Of a stretch of 52,909 nt of DNA, positions 1 to 10,165 are shown piece after piece; the first letter of the stretch is position 1; every line of letters starts with the position of its first letter. The notes beneath the pieces are model-generated. The model did not search any database. It saw only the letters and a list, made by a program, of their open reading frames with translations, and was not told where the DNA came from. This stretch comes from Callorhinchus milii. Its lineage: Eukaryota. The translations under genes and the position numbers were made by a program. The DNA is taken from positions 1 to 52,909 of the forward strand of contig NW_024704746.1 in NCBI RefSeq assembly GCF_018977255.1, written 5' to 3'.

Positions 1-515
1 TGAGTGACAGAGAGAGAAAAACAGTGAGTGACAGAGAGAGAGACACTGAGCGACAGAGAGAGACAGTGAGTGACAGAGATAGACAGTGAATGACAGAGAG
101 AGATAGAAAGTGAGTGACAGAGAGAGACAGCGAGTGACAAAGAGAGAGACTGTGAGTGACAGAGAGAGAGACACTGAGCGACAGAGAGAGAGACAGTGAG
201 TGACAGAGAGAGAGACTGTGAGTGACAGAAAGAGACAGTGAGAGACAAAGAGAAAGACAGTGAGTGACAGAGAGAGGAAGTGCGTGACAGAGAGAGAGAG
301 ACAGCGAATGACAGAGGGAGAAAGACAGTGAGTGACAGAGAGAGAGAGACAGTGAGTGACAGAGAGAGAGACAGTGAGTGACAGAGAGAGAGAGAGATAG
401 TGAGTGACAGAGAGAGAGAGAGAGAGAGACAGTGAGTGACAGAGAGAGACAGTGAGTGACAGAGAGAGACAGTGAGTGACAGAGACAGAGAACGAGTGAG
501 TGACAGAAATAGAGA
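1..515. repeat. Simple/minisatellite array (CAGTGAGTGA-CA(GA)n), unit about 20-26 bp
   Basis: Repeated tgagtgacagagagagagacag with a variable GA count, running from the window start. Confidence 0.95.
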
Positions 516-524
516 CATCGTGAA

Positions 525-1135
525 TGCTGGATGCTGCCAGTGCCTGAGGTGAGGAGGCGCTGATGGGAGCCAATCAGGATGGTCTCCGGCTTGCTGACGT
601 TCAGCTGTAGAAAGTTAGCTCTCATCCAGGACTTGATGTCTGACAGACATGGTATCATGTCAGCAATGGTCCTGGAATCGAGGGTAGAGGCAGAGGTAGA
701 GTTGGGTGTCATTTGCGACATGTGGGAGTTGACCCCATGTCTGCGGATGATGTCACCAAGAGGGAGCATATAGAGGTTGAAGAGGATGGAACCAAGAGCA
801 GAGACCTGAGGAACACCGCACAAGACTGAGGGGCTGGAAGCGAAACTGTTGGCGGAGATAAATTGGAGACAGTGTAAGAGGAAAGAACCTTGAAGGTTGA
901 GGTGAGAGGAAGTGGAGGAGGATGGAGTGATCCACTGTATGGATGGCAGCAGAGAGGTCGAGGAGGATGAGAAGGTGGAGGGAGCCCTGGTCACAGATGG
1001 ACAGAATGTTGCTTGTTACTGTGAGCAACAAGGAAACCTGATTGGAGGGCTCATGAAGGCAGTGGTAAGGGAGGAATGAGTGAAGCTGGGAAGCAACTCT
1101 TTCAAGGACCTTGGAAAGAAAAGTGAGGTTGGAGA
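525..1135 (-). mobile_element. L2-clade LINE, degenerate RT fragment
   Basis: The minus-strand ORF 753-1031 gives LLTVTSNILSICDQGSLHLLILLDLSAAIHTVDHSILL, matching the L2 RT motif LLDLSAAFDTVDH. Confidence 0.85.
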
Positions 1136-1199
1136 GATTATATTAAAGTTTATTGTATACTACATTTGCAAATAAATATATATCTTCACAAAAAAAAAC

Positions 1200-1265
1200 A
1201 CAGAGCAGATGGTGCAGAAATCTACCGGCGGCAAAGCTCCCGGCAAACAGCTGGCGACTAAAGCT
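1200..1265 (+). pseudogene. H3: Histone H3 N-terminal tail fragment
   Basis: The frame from 1200 reads [22 protein letters not shown] against canonical H3 [22 protein letters not shown]. The native ATG is missing and the 3' side is fused to L2 sequence. Confidence 0.85.
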
Positions 1266-1267
1266 AC

Positions 1268-1600
1268 TTCATTACATTGAGGCTCGATTATGCAAACTCC
1301 CTGCTTGTCGGCCTCCCCAACTTCTCCCTCCATAGGCTGCAGATCATCCAGAACAACACAGCCCGTGTCCTCTGCCGCGCCAAACTCCTTGGCCCTATCA
1401 CCCCCATCCTCGCCCGGCTCCACTGGCTTCCCAGCAACACAGAGGATACAGTTCAAGACCCTGGTCCTCACCTTCAAAACCCTCCATGGTCTTGCTCCCC
1501 CTATCTCTGCCACCTCCTAACCCTCTACCACACTGTTCGCTCCCTCAGCTCAGCGGGCTCCAGCCTGCTTCACATCACCCGCCTCGCTCGCCCCACTACT
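1268..1600 (+). mobile_element. L2 LINE ORF2 C-terminal fragment
   Basis: RLDYANSLLVGLP...LQIIQN..ARVL...ITPILARLHWLP is typical of the L2 ORF2 C-terminus. Confidence 0.85.
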
Positions 1601-1774
1601 GAAACCTGCTCCACTTCATTCCCCAGAACAATGTTACCTTCCTTGTTGGGCTGGAAGCTGCTGATCCAGAAAGTTCCTATTCCAGAAAACATTCTTTTCA
1701 TTAAATTCACAAAAGGAATTCTGAACTGCATCCAATCAGCCGAAGGAACACCTAACCCTGATTATTCTACATTC

Positions 1775-4423
1775 TTCCCTCTCAAACAAAGCCCTCACCA
1801 TCCACAATCTCATCCTGGATGAACACCTTGACATCCTTGGGCTCATCGAAACCTGGCTCTTCCCCAATGACCCCATTCCCCTAGTGGAAGCTTCCCCTTC
1901 AGGCTACACCTTCCACCACATCCCTGGTCCAAATCAACGTGGCGGGGGGGCGGGTGGGGGAGAGCCTTTATTTCCAAAGCCTCCCTTGGTCTCACCCCCT
2001 ACTCCTCTGGTTGCTTCCCCTCCTTCGAGCACCTCACCCTTTTCCACCCCTCTCTCCTTTTGAAAATCCTCCTTGTTTACCGTCCCCCTAAACGCCCCCC
2101 CCCCCCACCCCGACTCCTTCCACACAGACATCTCCACTCTCCTCTCTTCCCTGTCCCTCTGGTCTGAGCGCCTACTCATAATGGGCAATTTCAACCTCCA
2201 CCTAAATTCCCCCTGCATCACTTCTGCTGATTTCACTGCCCTCCTCTCCTCCCTAAACCTTACCCTACATATAAACTCACCCACCCACAACCGTGGTCAT
2301 ACACTTGACCTAGTCTTCACCCACGGCCTTGACATTTCCGACCTCAGCATAGTGGACAAGGCCATCTCGGACCACTTTTTCATCTCCTTCTCCTCTCACA
2401 TCCCTCTCTCCTCCAATAAGCCCTCAACCATCCTCTACTGCCCTTGGAAAAGGCCACCCCCTGAGACCCTCACAAAGACCCTCACATCATCAAACATCCT
2501 ATCCCTCTGGCCTTCCACCCGCGGAGAACCTGAAGCAGCCGTCCAGCTGCTCCATGATCGCCTCTCCTCCACCTTCAACTCCCTCATCCCCCTGAAATCC
2601 AGGACCATCTCCAAACCCACCCGATCCCCCGGTACAACAACCATCTCCGCCGCCTAAAAACCCCAAACCGGCTGCTCGAACGCAGATGGCGGAAAACTGG
2701 CCTGCCAGTCCACCACCAACTGTGGCTCAAGCATCTCCACAGCTACCGCCGTTCTTTGACACGCACAAAAATGGCCTTCACCTCCAACAATATCTTGGAG
2801 GCTAAACACAACCCTAAAATCCTTTTTTCCACCACCCACTACCTCCTCCGTGCGCCCCCTCAGGCCTCCTCAATCTTCACATCCAATGTCAAGTGCGAGG
2901 AGGTCATGGACTTCTTTTCATCTAAAATATTTAACATCCGCCAGGCAGCCTCATCCACCTGCCCCTTGTCAACCACCACCACACCCTCTCTGCCCCCCTC
3001 GCCTTCCTCATCATCTGCTCCTACCACCATCCCCTTAAACTCTTTCCTCTCCATCTCTCCCTCCCTCTCACCCACCATCACCTCCATAAAACCCACCACC
3101 TACTGCCTCGACCCCCTCCCCACCAACTTCCTGGTCACCCAGCTCCCCCTCCTCAGCTCACGAATGGCTGACATCATCAACCAGTCCCTCTCCTCCAGAT
3201 CAGTCCCTGCCTCCCTCAAAACTGCTGTCATCACCCCCCTCCTGAAAAAACCCTCCCTAGGTCCCTCAAACCCCAGCCATTACTGCCCTATTTCTAACCT
3301 GCCCTCCCTCCCTAAAGTCTTAGAGCATGGAGCCAATCAACTCCACGCACACCACTCCCTCTTCGAACCCCTCCAGTCTGGTTTCTGCCCACAGTACAGA
3401 CTGCGCTTGTGAAAGTCACAAATGACATCCTCTCTATCTGTTACCAGGGCTCCCTCTGCCTCCTTGTCCTCCTGAACCTCTCTGTGGTGTTCGACACAGT
3501 CGATCACACCATCCTCCTCCACCGCTTTTCCTCAGTGGGACCGCACTCGCCTGGTTCGAGTTCTACCTCACAAACCGCCAGCAGTACATCTGCATCTCCT
3601 CCGCTCTCACCCGGTTACCTGCGGGTACCCCAAGGATCAATCCTTGCCCCCCCCTCCTCTTTCTGATCTACATGCTCGCTCTTGAGGATGTCATCTGCAG
3701 ACATAGGGTACATTTCCACATGTATGCGGACAACACCCAACTCTACTTTTCCATCTCTCTTTGCGAATCCCAGTCCCCTGATGTTCTGCCTGTCAGATCT
3801 CAAGGGCTGGATGAGCACAAACGTCCTTCAGCTGAACACTGACAAGACGGAAGCCATATTCTTCGGCTCTTGTCAACGTCTAAAATCTCACGGCTCTCAC
3901 CTCCTCCACTTACCCGACCTCCCCCTAAAACTCTCCGAACTCGTACGCAACCTCGGCATCAGGTTCGACCCCCAATTATCATTCCTCGCCCACATCCGGT
4001 CGTTCACCAACACCGCCTTCTTGCACCTCCAACACATCGCCCGTCTCTGCCAATACCTCTCTCCGAAAGCCACTGAAACCCTAGTTCATTCCTTTGTCAC
4101 CTCTCGGCTATTCTAACGCCCTCCTCGCCGGTCTCCCCTCCACTACCATCCATAAAATCCAGGTCATTCAAAACTCTGCCGCCCGCATTCTCACCCGCAC
4201 CCGATTCCCCCAGTCCTGGCCAGACTGCACTGGCTGCCTGTCCCAGAGAGGATCGACTTCAAGATCCTCACCCGTGTCTTCAAATCCCTCCACTCCTCTG
4301 CACCCCCCGACCTCTCTGACCTCCTCTCTCCTCAAAACAGTACCCGTTGCCTTCGTTCCTCCAGGTCTGGCCTCTACCTCATCCCCCAAGTCCTCTGCTC
4401 CACCCTCGGCAGCTGTGCCTTCG
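1775..4423 (+). mobile_element. Near full-length degenerate L2 ORF2 (APE endonuclease + RT), frameshifted
   Basis: Endonuclease motifs DILGLIETWL, YRPP, IMGNFNLH, PTHNRGHTLDLVF and SDHF; RT motifs CPISNLP, VPQGSIL and YADNTQLY. Several frameshifts; the 3' tail is cut off by a CA-rich repeat at about 4425. Confidence 0.92.
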
Positions 4424-4424
4424 A

Positions 4425-4510
4425 CACACCTGACCTCACACACCCACATACACACCCGACCTCACACACCCACTTACACACCCGAGCTCAGACACCCACC
4501 TACACACCCA
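4425..4510. repeat. ~26-bp CA-rich minisatellite at the left outer edge of the palindrome (mirror at about 19145-19215)
   Basis: About 3.5 copies of acacccgacctcacacacccac(t/c)tac. Confidence 0.8.
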
Positions 4511-4524
4511 ATCTGAGACACTCT

Positions 4525-4915
4525 CCTACAAGGCTGTCCTCGCTGCTGTGTTGTGCTCAGGCCTGTGGCATCCCGGTTGCACAGGACATAGGGCTGTATG
4601 CACTACTGTGTAGTTAAAAAGGTCTGTGGCATCCCTTTTGCTCAGAACAAAGGGTTGTGCACACTGCTGTGGTATGCGCAGGCCTGTGGCGGCTCTACTG
4701 TACAGGACAAAGTACTGCTCATAGTACTGTGGTATGCACAGGCCTGTGATTGCCCTGCTGCACAGGACACAGGCCTGTCTGCATGGCGTTGGTGTGCGAA
4801 GACCTGTGGCAGTCAGCTTGCAATGGACACAGGGCTGTCTGCAATGCTATGGTATGCACAGGTCTGTGGTGGTCTTGTTTCACAGGACACAGGCTGTCCA
4901 CACCGCTGTGGAGGC
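4525..4915. repeat. 60-bp tandem repeat, about 6.5 diverged copies (mirror at about 18740-19130)
   Basis: Successive 60-nt lines start in register (gcctgtggca/ggtctgtggc/ggcctgtggc/ggcctgtgat/gacctgtggc/ggtctgtggt), with a shared caggacacagggctg..tgctgtggtatgc core. Confidence 0.9.
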
Positions 4916-4919
4916 ACGT

Positions 4920-5036
4920 AGGACTTGGCTGTCCTGATGAAGGGTCGTGGATCCAAAACGTTGACTTACTTTCCTTTCTCCATAGATGCTGCCTGACCTG
5001 CTGACTGTTCCCAGCGACTTCTGTTTTTGTCTTCAA
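4920..5036 (+). mobile_element. Penelope-like element terminal fragment with a degenerate minimal hammerhead ribozyme (mirror at about 18619-18735, - strand)
   Basis: gtc-CTGATGA-a-gggtc-gtg-gatcc-AAAAC-gtt-gac is followed by agatgctgcctgacctgctga...ccagc, the flank I recognise from the abundant chondrichthyan Penelope-derived repeat. Confidence 0.7.
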
Positions 5037-5037
5037 G

Positions 5038-7858
5038 CATTCTATTCCTTTCTCCCTCATGTACCTATTTAGCTTCCCCTTAAATATATCTGTGCTATTT
5101 GCCTCCACAAATGTTCCACTTTCCCACTGCTCTCTGTGTGAAGAAATTTCTTCCAACTTCCCTATTTGATCTATTCTTGACTATTTTATGTTGATGGGCC
5201 CTGGTTTTGGTCTCCCCCACAAGTGGAAATATCTTCCTTATGTCTATTCTATCAAAACCTTTCATCATTTTAAAAACCTCTATCAGGCCACCCCTTACCC
5301 TCCTCTTTTCTGAGAAAAGAGTTCAAGTATGTTCAGCCTTTCCTGATAGGTATAACCTCTCAGTTCTGGGATCGAACGCCTTTTGGAAATCTAAATATAT
5401 TACATATATAGTGTAAACATAAATATATTAAATATATAGTGGAGTCCTGTGGCTCAGTGGTTAGAGCACTCGCTTTGCAAGCGAGAGACCTGAGTTCAAT
5501 TCCAGGCAGAGGGCGAAACCTTGGGCAAGTTTCCTTACTCCACACAGAGCCTAATAATAATCCCTCCAAAACCAAAAACAATAATAAATTGGTCATTTTC
5601 AATCTACGACTGTTTGTGGGACATTGCTGTGCGCAATTGGCTGCCGCGTTTGCCCACAAATATATAGTCAATTCACTTTACAGTGTGTTCTGTGAAGCGC
5701 TTTGGGACGTCCTCCCGACGTGAAAAGCGCTATATCAAATGCAAGGATTATTATTATTATTATTATTATTATCTATCGCATTCCCCTTGTCTACTCTTTC
5801 TGTTACCTTCAAATAATTCAATGAGGTTGGTCAAGCATGACCTTTCTTTTTGGAATCTGTACTGACTATTCTTTATTATGTTTTCCATTTCTAGATGTTT
5901 TTCTATTACCTCTTTCAGTAAGGATTCCATTATCTTTCCTACCCCTGATGTTAAGCTGACAGGTCTATAGTGCCCTGGGGTTGTTCTATCTCCCTTTTTA
6001 AATATAGGTATAACATTAGCTATGCTCCAGTCCTCTGGCACTACTCCCTTTTCTATTGAGTTATTATATATGTGTAATAGTGCCTCTGCAATCTTTTCCT
6101 TTGATTCTTTTAATATATGCGGATGCAAACCATCTGGACCAGGGGTTTTATCCTCTCTGAGTTTTGTTAGTTTTTCGATTATATCTCCCCTTTGTATCTT
6201 AAATGTACTTGTATGTATTATTTTTGATCTAGTCTTCTACTGTCATGTCCACCTGATCTATGTCTGTAGAATATTTTACTATTTCTTTTTATATTTCTTG
6301 ATAATTTTATTTCATAATTCCTCTTTGCCTTCCTAATTATTTTTTGGACTATTTTCCTGACCTCTTCGTATTTTTGTTGCTGTTTATGTACCTTGTGAAC
6401 CCTTCTTTCCTGAGTCTCAACGTTTCTCTTATGACGGTGTCTCATTATTATTTAAGCTTTGTCTTGCTTTTTAGCAGAATATATTTCTCCTGGACTATAT
6501 TGATCACTGTTTTAAATGTTTCCCACTGCTGCTCTATCGCTTTGTTGCCAATATTGTTTTCCAGTTTATTTTCCCAAGTTCCATTCTCATCCCCTCAAAA
6601 TCAGCTTTTTCCCAATCTATTACCCTGGTCTTTGTCATACTAATTTCCTTCTCAATCTTTATCTTAAACCTTATTAAGTTATGATCGCTATTGCCTAGAT
6701 GTTCCCCTACTCGTACTTTTACCTGCTCTGGTTCATTTCCCATTACTAAATCCAGCAGGGATTTCCCCCTTCTTGGGCCGCTTACATACTGGGTAAGAAA
6801 AGAGTCCTGTACACATTGAAGGAACTCCATTCCCTTATCCCCTTAAACCTACCTTTTCTCATCAATAAATTTGGGGGTAGTTGAAATCTCCCATGATTTT
6901 TGCTCTATGTCTTTTACTCATTTCCCTAATTTGCTTGCATATTTCTTCCTCTACCCCCATTCCACCATTAGGTGGTCTGTAGAGTACCCCTATTTGTGTG
7001 ATCGATCCTTTCTTATCTTTCATCTCTATCCACACAGATTCTGTTTCTAGCTCACTGTTGGCTACGTCCCTTCTTTCTACTGCCACAATGTTATCCTTAA
7101 CGAGTACAGCTACTCCACCGCTCTTTTTCCCATCTCTATCCTTTTCCCATGTCTATCCTTTCTAAATACGTTATACCCTGCAATGTTTAATTGCCAGTCC
7201 TATTCTTTCTGTAGCCACGGTTCAGTAATCCCAATTATACCTTGTTCCTCACCACAAATTATTACCTCCAGTTTTCCTGTTTTATTTCAGATGCTGTGTA
7301 CATTGCTGCACAGACAGTTTAATTCATCATTATTATAAATTGTTCCTCATTTTATTTTTGACAGCCTTTTTACACTTCTGTTCTATAATTGTATTAATTC
7401 CTTGACCATTTATAATCTCCTTATTTCTTATTTTTGTCTGGCTTGAGTCACTTCCTTCTAATCCCTCCCTGGCCTTTACTAGTTTAAAGCCTTTGCTCTG
7501 TTTATCCTTTCTGCTCGGACTTGGTCCCCTTTCTTCAGGTGGAGCCCATCCTATTTATACAGCTCCATATTGCTGCCAGCGTCCCCATGAAGTGGAACCC
7601 TTCTTTCCCACACCAATCCTTTAGCCACGTGTTAACTTTCCTAATCTGTTTCTCCCTATTCCAGTTCGCACATGGCTCAGGTAATAATCCAGATTATTAC
7701 CCTCGAGGTCCTGTCTTTTAACTTAACTCCTAACTCCTAAAACTCCCTCTGCAGGACCTCCTCCCTGTTTTTTCCTATGTCGTTTATCCCAATATGGACC
7801 ACAACAAGTGGATCTGGCCCTTCCCTTCCAAATTCCTCTTCAGCTCCTTCAGATCTAT
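5038..7858 (-). mobile_element. CR1 LINE (ORF1 esterase end + ORF2 endonuclease/RT), internally deleted and interrupted by a SINE
   Basis: ORF1 PLVVVHIGINDIG; endonuclease YRPPN, IMGDFNYP and GNSDHNLI; RT PGPDGLHPHILKE, NVIPIFKKGD..YRPVSLTS and IYLDFQKAFD, after which it jumps directly to 3' ORF2 sequence. Confidence 0.92.
5441..5771 (+). mobile_element. tRNA(Ala)-derived SINE with a partial Deu-like core and L2-type 3' tail, full length
   Basis: A box tggctcagtgg, anticodon arm ctcgc-tttgcaa-gcgag (TGC), B box gagttcaattcc and a (tta)n tail; inserted within the CR1 RT. Confidence 0.92.
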
Positions 7859-7859
7859 G

Positions 7860-7998
7860 GAGTGCCCGTGGCGGCCTTGCTGCACATAAAACAAGCTGCA
7901 CACACTGCTGTGGTATGCGCTGGGCCAGTTGCACAGGACACGGGGCTGTGCATACTGCTGTGCCTTGCGCAGGTCTGTGGTGGCCGCTTGTACAGGAT
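7860..7998. repeat. Further ~2 copies of the 60-bp repeat (mirror at about 15656-15794)
   Basis: tgcacaggacacggggctgtgcatactgctgtgccttgcgcaggtctgtgg matches the 4525-4915 unit. Confidence 0.8.
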
Positions 7999-8019
7999 TA
8001 TATTATATTGTATTATATT

Positions 8020-8590
8020 ACGGCCCGCTCTGCCTTCCCCCACCTCCGGAACATCGCCTGACTCCTCCCCTCAGGCCACTGATATCCTCATACACCCATT
8101 TGTCATCTCAACGCTTGACTATGAAAACTCCCTCCACAAGCTACAGATCATCCAGAACTCTGCAACTTGTATCCTCTCCTGCACCAGGCTCCGTGAATCC
8201 ATCATCCCCACCCTCGTCCGGCTCCTCAAAATCCTCACTTTCAAGGCCCTCCATGGCCTTGCCCCCTCCTACCTCTCTTCCTCCACTCAGCAGGCTCTGG
8301 CCTGCTCCATGTCTCCTGCCCGGCCTACCCTACCATCGGCGGCTGGGCTTTCAGCCTCTCTGACCCCACTCTTTCGAACTCCATCCCACAATCCCTTCAC
8401 CCTGCTGCCTCCCTTGCTTGCATCATGACCTCCTTTTCAACCGTGCCTTCAGCTACCCTCCAACCTCTCTGCCATCCCTCGTCCCAACCCTACCCCTGCC
8501 ACGGTCGGTTCCTGATCCCCGACAGTTCAGCACTTTGGGATGTCCTCCCGACGTGAAGGTGCTTTACAAATGTAATTTTATTATCGTTGT
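8020..8590 (+). mobile_element. L2 3' fragment with tail (mirror at about 15065-15634, - strand)
   Basis: LDYENSLHKLQIIQNSA..KILTFKALHGLAPSYL, then the tail tttgggatgtcctcccgacgtgaaggtgctttacaaatgtaat. Confidence 0.85.
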
Positions 8591-8861
8591 TTATATTTAT
8601 ATCCCTGTAGTTAATGAACAGCAACTGTTTAGCACAACAACAGAACCAGCAAAATCCTTTCTCCTTTCTGTGAGAACACTGACACTGTGACGAGCTCCTG
8701 TCTCAGAGCCTCCTGTCACTCACTGAGCTGCCAAACAGTCAGACTCTGGGGAACTGCAGCACATAACATGGACAGAGGAAAATCCGCTCCTGCATGTTAT
8801 ACAACTGGGGTATAGTTTGCCAGTTCAAGGCGCTGATTTAATGATAGCATCAGCGGCTCTG

Positions 8862-9178
8862 TGTTAACAACAAAATTATATTTGTAAAGCCCTTATTGCG
8901 TCGGGATGACATCCCAAGGCGCTGGACAGACAGAGTTAAGGACCTGAGCTGAGGGTTAGGGGAGGATGGACGGCAGGTTGGGAAGCAGGAGATCAAAAGT
9001 ACGGTTGAAGAGGAGGTGGGTCTTGAAGGTGGCAAGACGGAGGGACTGCGGGCTGATGTTCCAGAGGGTGGGTGCAGAGCAATGTCCCACCCGCTGATAG
9101 TGGGGCGAGCGAGGCGGGGGGTGTGAAGCAGCCCACAGCCCACTGAACAAACAGGATGGTACAGGGTTAGGAGGTCAG
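8862..9178 (-). mobile_element. L2 3' fragment with tail, fused directly to the truncated H2A (mirror at about 14476-14792, + strand)
   Basis: In the mirror copy it reads tgacctcctaaccc...ccttcaagacccacctcctcttcaaccg...gcgccttgggatgtcatcccgacg...tacaaatataattttgttgtt. Confidence 0.85.
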
Positions 9179-9411
9179 GGGTCGGGGGTGATGCTGGTCT
9201 TCTTGCTGCCCGCCAGCTCCAGCACCTCAGCGATCAGATACTCGAGCACCGCGGCCACATAGACCGGGGCTCCGGCCCCCACGCCATCAGCGTAGTTGCC
9301 TTTACGGAGATGTCTGTGGACGCGGCCCACGGGGAACTGCAGTCCGGCCCGGGAGGAGCGGGACTTGGCCTGGGCCCGGGCTTCACCTCCAGTCTCCCCA
9401 CGTCCTGACAT
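9175..9411 (-). pseudogene. H2A: Truncated histone H2A (78 codons), left-arm copy
   Basis: [78 protein letters not shown]. Five codons are deleted after LELAG; helix 3, the docking domain and the stem-loop are lost. Confidence 0.88.
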
Positions 9412-9734
9412 CTTGACTAAGATTCCGACACCAACCAGAGCGGATTCTGTGCTTAAATAGGCTCCGAGCGTCAGGCCCTTCATTTCCTGCCCAATCAGAT
9501 CTCCTCGCACTGCAGCCCCAGCCCCGGCCCCCACAGCACATCGGGCTCTCAGCCAATCACAGCACAGAGGCTGGGAGGCTGGGGATTGGTTGCCAACCCC
9601 CGGGGTCCCATTGGGGAACCGGTTATGCTAAAGAGGGATGAACGGACTGCTTTGCTGGGATTGGATGGCGATAATATATAAGAGGAGGTTCAGAACACTG
9701 CCCGACACTGTGTCGGTGGTATCAAGAGAGCAGA
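9412..9734. promoter_or_regulatory. Divergent H2A/H2B promoter, left arm
   Basis: H2A TATA-like TATTTAA (9453-9459, - strand), CCAAT at 9491 and 9553, ATTGG at about 9585, 9610 and 9660, and H2B TATATAA at 9675-9681. Confidence 0.8.
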
Positions 9735-10139
9735 ATGGCTGGTGAGGGCAAATCCGAGGGCAAAGCCGCTAAATCCGAGGGCAAAGGAGCGCCCAAAAAA
9801 GGCAGCAAGAAAGCGATTCGCAAACCGCAGACTGCGGGCAAGAAGCGCAGGAGGTCGAGGAAGGAGAGTTACTCCATCTACGTGTACAAGGTGATGAAGC
9901 AGGTCCACCCGGACACCGGCATCTCCTCCAAGGCCATGAGCATCATGAACTCCTTTGTGAATGACATCTTCGAGCGCATCGCGTCCGAGGCTTNNNNNNN
10001 NNNNNNNNNNNNNNNNNNNNNNNNNNNNNNNNNNNNNNNNNNNNNNNNNNNNNNNNNNNNNNNNNNNNNNNNNNNNNNNNNNNNNNNNNNNNNNNNNNNN
10101 NNNNNNNNNNNNNNNNNNNNNNNNNNNNNNNNNNNNNNN
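9735..10139 (+). CDS. H2B: Histone H2B with an atypical N-terminal tail, left-arm copy (3' part hidden by Ns; end inferred)
   Basis: 86 visible codons [26 protein letters not shown]...[45 protein letters not shown], then 162 Ns (9994-10155). The canonical remaining 48 aa plus stop would end at 10139, 30 nt before the stem-loop. Confidence 0.85.
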
Positions 10140-10165
10140 NNNNNNNNNNNNNNNNCATCTACACA

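Noticed and set aside
5441-5510. tRNA-Ala(TGC)-like cloverleaf
   Set aside because: It is the head of a multi-copy SINE: it continues into the SINE body and tail and lacks a proper acceptor stem.
9623-9633. Possible H2B octamer element (ttatgctaaa)
   Set aside because: It has two mismatches to ATGCAAAT and sits further from the TATA box than usual; too weak to call.
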